Counted from the stretch's first letter, positions 47,131 to 59,689 are shown. The stretch is 64,000 nucleotides of DNA from Selaginella moellendorffii (GCF_000143415.4 NW_003314422.1:1-64000); one strand, 5' to 3'. Numbers and translations: made by a program. Notes: a model not told the origin generated them from the sequence alone.

Positions 47131-47401
47131 ACTTACAGAGTTGTAACAATGACATGATAACAAGAGTCAAATCTCATCTTTAAATCAAACATCGTACATT
47201 CTGTTGTTTTCTCGTGATTTCAAAAAAGTTCGAATCCGTCCTTGATGACAGCCAATCTTGAGTTCAAATGTGCGTGTCTGGAGCATTCCATCATCACAAA
47301 CTTACGAATCTTTACCCCTTATTAAAAAGTTGGTAAATTTTGTTGAGCGTAAGCTTAGCATACAGTGTGAGAGTTGGAGTCCCATCACATAAGAACTATA
47401 C

Positions 47402-48567
47402 CTATAACTTGATCACCCTCATTCTCCTATGCAAATCGCAGCGCTTCCTCCCATTTCTGGGAGTTCTCGTGCAGCCAACGCCATCCACCTTTGACACCAC
47501 TCCGCATTTCAATCCATTCTCTCCTGTCACTTCCCCGTAGAGTTTCCCTGTCCCTGCTCTTTCGATCCTCACCTTGCAAACCTTCCTGGAAGAACTCGTC
47601 TTCCTCGCATCGTCTGGACGAACTCCATCTCCTTCTTTCTTGCGATGATCTTCGTGACCATCAATGGAGAGGCCAAACAGTCTCCTGATCACGTCCCGGA
47701 AGCTCCTGGCCTCCGATCGATCCTTGGGCTTTGACAGCTCCACCCTGACTCCAACTCTCCTCTCGAAAATCCTCGCGCAGCCCAGCCGTGTCGCAATGGA
47801 GCTCCTCGTCCCGCACACCACGTTGGATTGCATCTCAAGCTTGGTGAGAACGTCCAGCGATCGCCGAGCTCCATTGGCACCCTTGTTCCAAGCGTAGTCG
47901 AAAACATGGAGTAGCTTCTTCTCGGCTGCTAGCGCTGATTCCTTGCTTCCTGTCTAGAGCAAAAAAGAAGAAGAAAAAGATGAGCAAACTTGCGAGAGAA
48001 AAAAGTACCAAGAACTTACAGCAGACCATCGAAATGCCAGTGAGTATCCTCGAGCAAAGATCTCGGAGAACAATCGAGGTCCTTGCCGGAAGATCTGCGT
48101 GAGAACTCTCTTCTCAGGCAGCCATTTCTCCAATCCAGTCCAGCCTTCCAAGTGAGACCCTCCTTGCCCGTAAGACTGTAGCCTTTGTCTCACATTCTCG
48201 GCCTGTCCGAGGTACACGGCCACCACATCTCTCCTGTGTAGCCTCTTCTTCTTTTTCCTCTTGCGAGAACTCGAGCACGGCCGGACGATCCCCAGCTCGT
48301 AGATTCCAGGACGAACAGCGCTCTTGCTGGGGAGATTGTGGAGCCGGTACCTCGATCCGCTAGGGCTGTCCACTGAATCGCGCCAGTCCGAGTGCCCGAT
48401 CAAGATCTAGAGGAACGGCGTTAGCGGAGACCAGGATCCAAGAAGTGGAAGAAATGCGCCAGGATTTGGTAAGTGAGGGAGAGATGTGGTACCTTCCAGC
48501 GCGTGAAGTAGCGATCGTGCTTCACTGCGAAGCATTCCTCGCGGCGCATCCGGCAGGGCGACGCCAT
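47402..48567 (-). CDS. EFFECTOR OF TRANSCRIPTION (ET/HRT-like) GIY-YIG domain protein; exons 48493-48567, 48020-48406, 47402-47953
   Basis: KHDRYFTRWK|ILIGHSDW...RYRLHNLP...PGIYELG...VYLGQAENVRQRLQSYG..GSHL; FDYAWNKGANGARR; C-terminal CGV...CTRTPRNGRKRCDLH zinc repeat. Confidence 0.9.
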
Positions 48568-48766
48568 GGATCGTCCTCTAGCAACGGACTAATTTTCACT
48601 TTGGCGCCCTAAGTTCCAGGATTCGAACCCCTGACTTTTCTCATCTCGGACTCCATGTCAGCCTCCAGCTCGGGCACTCCACCTCGGACTCCACCTCGGG
48701 CACTCCATCTCGGGCAATCTTTGTGTAGTATCTCAATTCTTTCCTTTGCTCAAACAAAACTGTGCA

Positions 48767-50280
48767 TCACATCGTCTCCCCCGGAGGGAGCTCCGGATGC
48801 TTGGCAGGCATTCCGAGTATCCGTTCCATGTCGTAGCGAACTTCGATGTTCCGGATGCTGTATCCCACCACCATGAGCCAGTATAACAATCTCGCCAGTT
48901 CTTTCGCGCTCGTCTCGGTCGCAGTTCTCTGTGAGTGATCCATCGCACAGGAGATCTAAAGAGAGAAAAGCATATGGCTGCTACCTTTAGCATTGCAGCG
49001 TCCGAGATTCTTATCAAGCGTTGCACGAATGTGTTCATGGCTTCCACTGCGTCCTCCCCGGCGCTAGTTGTCAGCTCCTGCGAACTCAAAAACTTCTCAT
49101 CCAAAACTTTAGGAATGAACGGAGGTTTTGAGTACCTGTAAGTTTTTGGGCTCCAGGTTTTTCAAGTAGTCGAGAAGCTCGTTCTGGCCAGACACCTTGC
49201 CTCGCTCTAGTTGCTGCTGAAGCTTTTCCACCTCCGACTCTAAGAACTCGATGTATTCCACGGCGTCCATAGCCACCGGGCCATCTTCTTTGTGCCACTT
49301 CAAGACGCTCCCCTGGACTTGCGACTTTTGTACCTTACTCTCGAATTCGGGACCAAACTGGAACGAACACAAAAATCATCTTTGGTATCAGACAAGACTT
49401 ACGAATATCATTTCATCTTGCCTTCTCGTCTTTGGGGGCCGGAAGTGCCGCCTGTTCTAGACTTTGTTGCAACTCGATACGGTACTGCGCATTTCTAAAC
49501 ATATATCCTGTCATTAGGACGCTATACATGAGCTGAGCAAGATTCTCAGCCACCTAGAAAAGCACAAGTTTTTTAACCACGAAGAAGGACCAAAAAACTA
49601 AAACCATTACCGTAGTGATAGTTATCTCGAAAAACTGTGGAGGAAGCGTTCCAAGCATGTTCGTCACTGTCTTTCGCATAGCCTCGACCACCTAAGGTAC
49701 AGAAAAAAGAGTTTAGTTGACAGAAAAATCACAAATCTTTACCTGTTGAGGAGCTTTTTGGATGAAGAGTTCCATGAACTCGGGCTGGACATTTTGCACA
49801 TACTCCAGCAACATATCTCTCCTAGTCTTGGACTGGAAGAAGAAATCAAAAGCATTTCCTCCCAATCAGTATAGAATCCATCATATAAAAAACCCATAGA
49901 AAGAAGAACATTCTAGTCGAAACAAGAGAAAAATCCAGAGCTCCAAGCAAGAAAGAAGAACCTTCTAGTCGAAACAAGCAGGAGAAAAAAATTCTAATCG
50001 AAAATGCAGGCCTAAAATTTCTTACAAGAGATCGATTGCCAGCGGACGAAGCAGAGGAAGAAGTTAATTCATCGCCAGACGATGCCGATGAGGTAGCCGC
50101 GGCGCAGCTAGAATGCTTCCTCCCGCTCCGCCATAGCCCTATTGCAGAAAAAGCCCTGGACGAGCTCCACGCCTGCTTTGCCCGATTGTGATCCGGCCAA
50201 GACGCCAAGGAGGAAATGGCGCTTGCACTAGTCGAGGAAACGCATGGCTTGAGCCAGCACGCCGGTTGCAAGCAAGCCAT
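48767..50280 (-). CDS. Chloroplast DUF760 protein (At2g14910/At5g14970-like), multi-exon
   Basis: Transit peptide; LLEYVQNVQPEFMELF..APQQVVEAMRKTVTNMLGTLPPQFFEITITTVAENLAQLMYSVLMTGYMFRNAQYR; NELLDYLKNLEPKNLQELT; LARLLYWLMVVGYSIRNIEVR. Confidence 0.9.
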
Positions 50281-50730
50281 ACCCTAGCAATCGCCTCCGT
50301 AGCGCTGCTCGCTTGATCAATCCGCCATAGCGTCTGGAAATTAGGGCTCATAACTGGAGCCTGACGTGTCGGGGTTGCTACCGTCCGATGGGGAAATCGA
50401 CGGCCCTGCAACCACCTCTAAGCTAGGGTTTAGGGTTTAACGCGGATCGCTTTTTGATTACTTTACTCCTTTTTTTTGTTCGTCCTGGAAGATTCTAGCG
50501 TAACGCAATAGAACAAGGATCTTGATCTCTTCTGGGCAAAATCTTGATTTTTGTCAAAGTGTCCTGTAATTTGCAGGAGCTGGATGGAATCAGGAAAAGC
50601 TATGGACGAGAGCTCAAGCCCACAAGTTAGTCTTCTTCCAAGGTTTCCTCTTTTTGTAAAGTGGATCTCCACACTGAGAGTTTGCTCTCTTTTCTTCTTC
50701 TCTCTTTTTTTTTTTCTCTTCGTTGCAGGG

Positions 50731-52668
50731 ATGAATCTCAAGTGGGCGATCGCGATCGCCACAGTGGCTGCCGCTACATTCTTCGAGCTCCTTCGCAACT
50801 TCAATAGATTCTGGTATGAACCAAAGCTCAAGCCCGGGCAAGCTCCACTTCCTCCAGGCTCTCTCGGATGGCCAATCTTTGGAAACATGGCATCGTTCCT
50901 TCGGGCTTTCAAGTCCCACAATCCAGACTCTTTCATCACCAAGTATCTCCACAAGTTAAGCTCTCTCTCTCTCTTTTCTCATGAAAAACTCAAGCATTTT
51001 TCTTATGAAAAACTGAAGCTTTTTGCTTTGGATCTTCTCCTTCTCAAAGGTACGATCGAACAGGAGTCTACAAAGCATTTCTCTTTTGGCAGCCAACAGT
51101 GCTGGCGACTACTCCAGAGACATGCAAAGTGGTTCTTTCGAGGGATTCTTTGTTTGAGACTGGATGGCCGAGCAGCACAAGGAGACTTATCGGCACGCGA
51201 TCTTTCGCTGGAGTTACCGGCGAGGAGCACTTGAAACTTCGCAGGCTCACGGAGCCAGCGCTGAGCAATCCCAAGGCTCTCGAGGATTACATCCCTCGCA
51301 TGTCCAGCAACATAAAGAGCTGCCTGGAAGAATGGTCGTGTCAGGAAAGAACTCTCTTGCTCAGGGAGATGAGAAAGGTATGTTCTTGCTCAAATCGATT
51401 TTGAGTTGGTCTCTGAATGGGAATCTATATAGTACGCGTTTCGTACCATTCATGATATTCTTTTCAGCAAAGATTCGGGCCTGGACGTGGAAGAAGTTTC
51501 ATCTCTTTACTATGAAGGGAACCAAGGAATACGTTCTCTACCGATCAACTTGCCAGGAACTTCGTACAATCGAGCTCTTAAGGTAAAAACTTTGCTTTTC
51601 CCAGGCTTGTCTCTCCAGCCTATGATAACAACCTTTTTTCTGTGCAAGGCTCGCAAGAAACTCGATGTACTGCTTCACCGAGTTCTCAACAAGAGAAGAT
51701 TTTCGGAGAAACCTGAGAAAACAGACACACTTTCGCTGCTTATGGATGCCACTGACGAGAACGGGAAGCATTTGGACGACAAGCAAATTGTAGATTTGCT
51801 AGTGATGTATTTAAATGCGGGGCACGATTCGACTGCTCATCTCATACTGTGGCTACTGATTTTCCTACTCAAGCACGAAATTGTCTATGACAAAGTTAAG
51901 GTAGTTTGTTTCTTTTCTCCTCTCTTTGTTAAACACCGTTTTACTGCTGACATGCTGACAGGAAGAACAAGAGCTCATCGCGTCTCAAAAACCTCTTGGA
52001 GATTCGCTCTCTCTATCGGACGTGAAAAAGATGTCATATCTTTCAAGAGTAAAGTTGCGATTCATAGCTTTGTCTCATTTTCTTTTCCCTTTGCACCAGG
52101 TGATCAATGAAACCTTGCGAGTGGCTAACATATCTCCAATGGTTTTCAGAAGAGCTGTGACTGATGTCGAAGTTAATGGTGATTCTTTCCGGTTCTTAGT
52201 TTCTCTAGACTTATAAATCGTATACAGGCTTTACAATTCCTAAAGGCTGGTATGTGGAGCCTTGGTTGAGACAAGTTCATATGGATCCTGCCGTGCACTC
52301 CAATCCTCAAAACTTTGATCCGGATCGATGGGCTGTAAGTGTTGTCTTTGTTTTTGCGTTACTGTGACAAAACAAATCCCTGCAGAGAAATGAAGTTCGT
52401 CCATTCACGCACTTACCATTTGGACTTGGAAGTCGAACATGCCCAGGGAACGAACTCGCGAAGCTCGAAGCATGCATTATAGTCCACCATTTGGTGCTCG
52501 GCTACGAGTAAGCAAACTTTATTTGTACGTGTATCTTTACGTGTTTGGTCACTGTGTGCTTGTGCTATTTGCAGCGTGAAACCGCTGAATCCAGATTGCG
52601 AAGTAACTTTCCTGCCGCATCCAAGGCCCAAAGACTACTTTCCAGTTCAAGTTCGCAGACGTAGATAA
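50731..52668 (+). CDS. KAO: Cytochrome P450 CYP88 family, ent-kaurenoic acid oxidase (gibberellin biosynthesis), multi-exon
   Basis: [41 protein letters not shown]...[27 protein letters not shown], heme motif [18 protein letters not shown]-terminal LPHPRPKD. Confidence 0.93.
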
Positions 52669-53028
52669 ATCGGTGATCACATCACGCAATCGAAGGACAG
52701 ATGAAGACTCGAAGGACAGATGAAGATGTTTACTCTCGAGAAGCAATCGTTTAATGGAAGATAATGCAGAAAAATCTCTTTTTTATCAGCTTTTCTAACC
52801 TTTCTTTTGGATAAAAAGTACCTTTCCTGAGTGGAGAGCTGGCAGGAAATTCAAGGAAGCAAGCTTGCTGCGAAGAAAGCGTGGTAGCTTTGGTTATTTC
52901 TAGAAGACGAATGTAAGAAGCTCAAGAAATAGGTCCGTTTCTTAGAGTGTAAGTTGCCCTCTTTTGGAAGCTAAGCTATAGAGTAAAGGGTCTTTGTGTT
53001 TTCCCCATGTTAGGACACAAGGACACGA

Positions 53029-53871
53029 ATGGCGCTCGCTTCCTCCATCTCTAAGGCAAGTCACACCGAAAAAACCAAGAATTTTCTATCTCATGGGCTG
53101 TGAAATTCACAGGTGCTCGAACGATTCAAGCGGAATCCACGCGCTGCGATCACCGACAGTGGTAAATCCAGGGAGAAGGCCAGGATATCGTTTCCTCGAT
53201 TGGAATTCAGGGAGAGGGACGAGGCCAAGTTTGATCTGGTGGCACGGCTCGACTTGACGCTCAGAATCTCCATGCTGTCCAAGGTGAACTCCGAGATCCA
53301 GCGTCGCTCCTTCTCGGCTTTGCTGCTCTTCACGGCGGTGTGTCTCATCGGCCCTTCGGCGGCTTTGGCTATGGAGGTGGATGATATTCCAGAGTATGGC
53401 CCAGGGCTTCCAAAGAAGGATTTAGTCTTCCATGGGGGAGTTTTTCTCGCTAGAGTCCAGAGGCCAATGGCATTGTCAACCACGGCAACTTCACTGGCCA
53501 GTGAATCATCTCGCGGCGTGTTTATGGAAGAAAAACTCGACGTGGAAAACGAAGAAGAAGAACTCGAGGAGATTCTTGAGCTGAGTATGGTGGTGCCAAG
53601 ATCCGAGCTCACAGCATTCGACGTGTTTATTAATCTCCCACAAGCGAGCGAGAGCTCGCCGATCACTCTCCCGGAGTTTGTTGGCTCGTTTGCGAGTGGC
53701 GAGATCGATAGGCCAGGGTATCGACGAGTGAAAGTTCGGTTTGGAATAGGTGACAAGATCAAGCTGCTCCATCTGGAGAAGGAAAGGAGTGTTCTTGTCG
53801 CAATTGTTCGTCATGGAGCTACCAAAGGCGTGGAAATCACGATTAAAGACATTGATATAGAGCTAGAATAA
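53029..53871 (+). CDS. Stand-alone polyphenol-oxidase C-terminal (KFDV-type) domain protein with transit and Tat-like signal; exons 53029-53055, 53113-53871
   Basis: VQRP...EEELEEILEL...TAFDVFIN...EFVGSFA...VRFGIGDKIKLL...SVLVAIV...ITIKDIDIEL. QRRSFSALLL...AALA signal; no CuA/CuB histidines; GC-AG intron. Confidence 0.8.
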
Positions 53872-53952
53872 CAACTATAAATCAGGAAAGACTCATCGTA
53901 CTGTACTTTAATTATAATAAATCAATACATCCATTTCAAACAAGAGTTATTT

Positions 53953-54249
53953 TTGGTTTGCTTAAGCATGATTAGGATGGTAGTGAATATACCTATAATA
54001 TGTCTGAATATTCTAAGATTTTTTACCATTTAACAGTTGTTATTCATTTAGATTAATCTTGTATTTATAATTTATAAACATGTTTATAATTTATAAACTT
54101 TCCTAAACACTTCTTAGTATATTATTTTCTATTCTACCATCTAATGGTTAATATGCAATAAGATTAATTTTGATTTATAAATTATAAACATTTTTTTATA
54201 ATTATTGATCGATTGGATTATTAAACGAGACTACTATTAAGCAAACCAA
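53953..54249. mobile_element. ~300-bp AT-rich unit bounded by a perfect 13-bp inverted repeat (MITE-like or subterminal module)
   Basis: TTGGTTTGCTTAA (53953) and TTAAGCAAACCAA (54237); related copy at ~11355. Confidence 0.55.
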
Positions 54250-55789
54250 GTGTTGTTGCATGCAACATGCAGCAAATTAATCTTGAAATAATTTAAAATA
54301 ACTTGAAATAACTTGAAATTTTGGTACATGCCCAAACCAATTTTCAAGTTTCAATGAGTATGAGGATAAAGAGACTGTAAAGTACCCAGGTACATGCTTT
54401 TTACAGCCACTTTGCTAACACCTTGTCACCAGATCTAAAGCATCACCTCTCACAATCCCGGAGTTTTATAAATTGAAAAAATGAACACTATTAAATATGA
54501 AAAATTCTAGAGGCCTTTTGATTGTTTTTGTGGCTTGGATTTCAACTTGAACCTTATAATCCCCCAAAGTCTTCCAACTACTGCCTCCTCATGCCGTGGG
54601 GAGGACACGCCTCCAACCTTTTCTTGGGGCTAATATATACCTATTTTGAAATGTAGCATACTTCAGCATTTGTGGTTGCTATTTGCTCTTGGCAGAAGAA
54701 AAACAGGAGACTTTCTACATGCTCAACTCTAGCCAATTATGATGGTGAAGATGTTTGCAATCACAACCCTTTTTGTCTCCTACAGTCACCATAACAGAGA
54801 ATTCTTTGCTAACTAAAAATCCAAAATGCTAGCTTGGAAATTGGATCACCAATCACCAGTCCCAACCTATGCTGTGTGCTGACACAGAGATCTCCCAAGA
54901 GCATTGCCACTGCATGTGAACCATGATTTACAAAACACAATAGTACATATTGTAGCTCAAGTTCCATTTCAATCATATTAAACACATGTTAATTTCTTAC
55001 CTCAATCCAATCAATGCTAAGCCAATTTGTACCAATTTGCCATTGGCTAAACAAACATCCACAAATTTTTTATTGAAACCATGCATACTAAGACTACGCT
55101 GGGCACTTTTTTGGCAGGAAGAAGTTGTTGCAGATTTGCAAAAACTTGAAAAACAGCTACTATAGAGCTATACTCTTGACTCTATTGGGGGGGGGGGCGG
55201 GTGCAAGGGATGCCATCCTATGCTGGAACTTGCACTAGAATTGCTCAACCATGTGGTTGACATTGCATTGGAATTATTCAACCTTATGGTTAACACTGCA
55301 CTAGAATAGCTCTATCCTATAGTGGACTTTGCATTGGAATTGCTACATCACTAACAAAGCTCTTTTATGGAATTGTCTCCTCTATTCTATTTACATTTTC
55401 TCTATTTAGTCATGGAGCAACCTCTTTTACACTCTCAGCAGGAACAACATTAGGGGTGGACATGAACTCAAGATCTGGTTTCTCTATTTTAAAAGACAAT
55501 GTCTCCTCACTGGCTATAGTGTGGTGAAGAGAAGAAGCAAAAGAACATAAACAAGTAAGGTAAACGAATTTGAGTGGTTTTGGCTTATTATATAATGCTA
55601 GCATAAAGATTTCTAATCACTGCAATGATTGCAATGAGTGATAAATATCACTTGCAAACTACTAACTCAAAGGAACTCTACAGAAGGCTTGCTCCAGCTC
55701 TATCGCTCCACAGATGCCATAAGGCCATACTCCACATCCAACCAATTAGGCTTCATATTTGTCTTTTTTAATTCCCTGGTTAAACTCCA

Positions 55790-55905
55790 CCATGGGAGTG
55801 TGGCTGGAATATATGACACTACTGAGGAAGCCACAAGGGCATATGACCGAGCAGCAGTGGGATTCAAGGGAATTCATGTACATCTAAACTTTCCCAAGGA
55901 CCTCA
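55790..55905 (+). pseudogene. AP2/ERF domain C-terminal fragment
   Basis: VWL /frameshift/ GIYDTTEEATRAYDRAAVGFKGIHVHLNFP; the N-terminal half of the domain is missing. Confidence 0.75.
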
Positions 55906-58044
55906 AAGAGCAATTTAAAATTTTCTTAGGAGGGGACAAAATGAATATGCTGCAAGGGATATTTCCTTGTTCCAGGTATAGAGTCCCTTGGAATATCTTG
56001 CCTAGGTAGAGAGTTTCTATCTCTTTGATGTTTTGACTAATATGGTTTCCTTGCCTGTGTGTTGACTGAACATTTGATTTTCTTTGTTATGAGAAAAAAA
56101 CAAATTCTAGACATCTGCTATGGTTACATGAAAAGTCAACACTTGTCACACACAACAGCACCTTAAACACATGTCAAATTCGCATCTTAGCACACTCTAG
56201 CTAATGAGCACACAAGTTGTGCCACCCTCTCATTGGCCTAGCAAACATTAGGATGTGATGAAAAGAAGGTTTACTTAATTAATCTTTTGGTATTTAACAT
56301 AAATATATTGATAAAAAAGAAGTGTTTTAATCATAAACCATAAAATATATAGCTTAAAATATTTATTTATTCTTATTTAATATAAAAAATACCACAAAAA
56401 ATAAAACTCAAAATAAACTAAGTGTTATAGTAAATTATTTATATATTTTAAGATGTTTTTTCCTTAAAATCAAATAAATAATAAGCCTTTAAATTTTTAT
56501 TTTAAATATAAATTATGTCTATTAATTTCAGTTGACCAAAAAGGTTTATCAGGATAACTTGGAATATAAAACTAAATTACAATCATTTTGAAGGCTCAAA
56601 AATGTTAGAAATATACAATTAAGATTCTTTTTACAAAAGACGTTTCTTTTCCACTCTATATTATATAATGATAAAAAAAACTATTAATTTAACTCTGAAA
56701 ATAGCATTTTAATTTGTTATTTATTTTAATTTTAATTTTTATAAATTATATTTTTGCCAGAATAAAGTACAAGATTACATCTTAAATTTAGTAGTAAAAT
56801 ATCCTTATTATTGGGAGATATTAAAAATTATCTTGGATTTTAGAAGGAAAAGCTTTAATTTTAAAGTATTCATAAAACACAAAAAACATTTTTATTTTCA
56901 TTTAAATTATCAGTTTATGTAAAAACAAGCTGAGCGCTACACACCCGGGGCAAGAGGAGAAATCGATTGCTAACACTGAGTCGGCCCGATCCAGCTAACA
57001 GGGAGCGATCTAGAGCAAGAAACTATGAAATTTCGTTGTGATCGAAATGTGTGTACCACTTATAATTATACTTTTATAAATATTACAATCATCTATTGAT
57101 TTTGGTTTATTAACTGATCCACTAAAATAATATTCAGGTTCTGATATACCATCTCGGTCATAATAAATTTTTAAATTTTTAAATGTAATCTTTATGGAAC
57201 TTGCTGAAATTAATAAATTTTATGAAAATATTTTCAAAATAATCTTCCAAAATCTTTATATAAAGAATTTCCAAAAGTATAACCATTTTCTCCACTTGAT
57301 GCATAATTAAGAGCATTTCTTGAATAACATGAAATTTTGGTTAAAACAATTCCACTAGTTAAAATTACTGATATACTATTAAATAAATTTAAAAGATAGT
57401 TATCATTTCAATCAATAGCATGTATTGATTCATCAATAGCATCAACAATTGTACTCATATCCACATTATTTATGCTATTTAGAAAATCAAATTCTGGATC
57501 ATCACCATATGTTACTGTCAAAAATAATATTATTACATAGCTGATAATAATGTTTTTAGCCATATTTATTAATTAGAAAATGACTATAATATATTTAAGA
57601 GTTTAAATTTTATTTATAAAAGTATTTTTCTTGTTTTTTCAAATTCTTATTTGGATTTTGCTTATTTTAAATAAAATAAAGTTTTAAAAATTATAAAGTC
57701 CTGGTCTTAAGATAAAGGCTCCAATATTAGCACAACAACTCTCTTTTTCCATGAACAATTTTCATGCACTTTCTTTTCCCAGATTGTGATGCTGAATTCA
57801 CCACGTCCCAGCTTGCACCCCAGCCTTGATCGAGCTTCCGGTGTGCTGCGTCTTGTATCAAAAGCTCCAAAAGGACCAAATATTTGCATGGCCTGACCTT
57901 GTGTTTTACAAAATCAATGTTTTACTCAACGCTCAGGCTGACTGCATTGTGGGAATTCTAGCGGCTTTCACGCGTCCTTGGAAAGCATTTGCCTTCAAAT
58001 CAGAATCTGGACCGTGCAAAATAACAAATCAAGATTATATATTT

Positions 58045-58680
58045 TCAAGCTCCCTGATTTGGATTGAAAAATGCAACAGTCCATCCACACTGCCTTCCTT
58101 TCAAGCTGCTGAACCTATTAGTAGAACTAACGCCAATCAAAAGGTTACACTTATCGTCCCCGTGAAGGTCGCCAGAGATAAGCTTTGTTTGCCATGACTT
58201 GTCGACTCGTTTGTACTTTGCCCGCATTTTCACGTTGATCCTCATCGGAATTTGGCCGGAGTCTAGATCGCCCTTCAGTTTTGTGGCAAGATCAAGAGGA
58301 ATGGTGAGGTTGAAAAGTTGGAGAGGCGCTTCAAAATGTGTGATGTTTCGAGGTGGCTGGACAAACGGAGATGCGTAGGCTCTTCCCAGCTCGTAGCCGC
58401 GATAGACAGCAGCGATTCGCAAGTGCCAGAAATGGACCCCCATTTTCTTGTTTGCATTGCGAGACCAGACCTTGAAAGTTAGAGATGCCGAGTCGATCCT
58501 GGATCCTTGTGAGCTTGAGTTGCTTGCGCTAAGATTCGAGAGGACTGCGTCCTCCAGGATGTGGTGGACTTTTGAGCGGTTTACGACTGCACTGACTGAG
58601 CTAAAGAAGATGATCACAAACAACATCGAGAAGAAGAGGCAGCAGCAGAAGCAGCAGCAGAAGCACTTGCATGACGACAT
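58045..58680 (-). CDS. LEA_2 / NDR1-HIN1-like membrane protein
   Basis: Cys-rich CKCFCCCFCCC plus a TM helix, then SRNANKKMGVHF...AVYRG...PFVQPPRN...C. Confidence 0.8.
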   Translation of the reverse strand: MSSCKCFCCCFCCCLFFSMLFVIIFFSSVSAVVNRSKVHHILEDAVLSNLSASNSSSQGSRIDSASLTFKVWSRNANKKMGVHFWHLRIAAVYRGYELGRAYASPFVQPPRNITHFEAPLQLFNLTIPLDLATKLKGDLDSGQIPMRINVKMRAKYKRVDKSWQTKLISGDLHGDDKCNLLIGVSSTNRFSSLKGRQCGWTVAFFNPNQGA

Positions 58681-59009
58681 TTTACCTACGATTATGAAGC
58701 TCAAGTGGAATCGAGGGAGGTTTCAGATCTCATATGGGATGGTTTAGAGTGTACGTTTTCAACGTTGAAATTTGTGTAGCGCATGATCTTCCTGGAAGTA
58801 GCTTGCACGACCATCACACGGTTTGAAAGATGATTTTGTCAAAGTACTTCATGGTATCATTTTAGTTCCACTGTTGGTTTCGAAAAGAAGAAGCAAAGCT
58901 TTACAAGATAGAAAGAAAGAAAGAAAGAAAAGTAGTGATAAATCAAACCAACTACTTTATAATACTTTGCTGGTTTTCTTATTCTTGATTGAGAGCTCTG
59001 AGAGACCTT

Positions 59010-59345
59010 TCAGTCTCTCACGCAGCTCTTGCTGCCGTCGTCCCAGGACCATCCAACATAGCACTTGACACAATCACGTCCACTCCAGTGCCACCCATTG
59101 TCATATTCGCATCTCACACATCTACTACCATTCCAGTGCCATCCACCGTCTTCGTCGCAATTCTGTGACACGCAAGTGTTTCCATTCCAATGCTGGCCAC
59201 CGTCGCAGGAGCACACAGATCCTCTCCAGTGCCGGCCGCCATCGCAAGAATTATCATCATCAGCAGCAGCAACATTACATTCCATTGCGACATAAAACGC
59301 CACACACAAAACGCTTGCGACTACGAAACCAAGCTTGAGACCCAT
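59010..59345 (-). CDS. Secreted Cys/Trp/Gly-repeat peptide, 111 aa, single exon
   Basis: Hydrophobic signal ending VAAA, then five C-x(2-5)-G-x-(H/S)W-x-G/DG-x(2-3)-C repeats; TATATAA ~35 nt upstream. Confidence 0.8.
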   Translation of the reverse strand: MGLKLGFVVASVLCVAFYVAMECNVAAADDDNSCDGGRHWRGSVCSCDGGQHWNGNTCVSQNCDEDGGWHWNGSRCVRCEYDNGWHWSGRDCVKCYVGWSWDDGSKSCVRD

Positions 59346-59689
59346 TGCTTCTAACTCCAACTGATTATACATTGTGCTTATATACTAGGGAATACTCTTG
59401 GGTAAGACCTTAGTGAGGCTCATCTCTTTGTTTATTGTGTTTACATGGTCGTGTAGTGCCCACCAAGAAGGATAAGATTGGAATTCACCAGGTCCAACGT
59501 TTATATTGTTAGCATCTATGTAAATCTTCCGGACAAAGAAGATTTCTCCAACTTACCAAGTCTAACGGACGTCAACTTGTTACAGTATTGCTTTTGCTGG
59601 CCACAGTAAAATCCATGCAACTGATTTTGACTAATATTCGATTTAGTGTAATACAAAACAGAGACAGTGTCAAAACTATGTATTTGGCT

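Noticed and set aside
48612-48636. GGTTCGAATCC B-box on the minus strand (tRNA/SINE-like)
   Set aside because: The T-stem does not pair fully, and no A-box or cloverleaf is visible.
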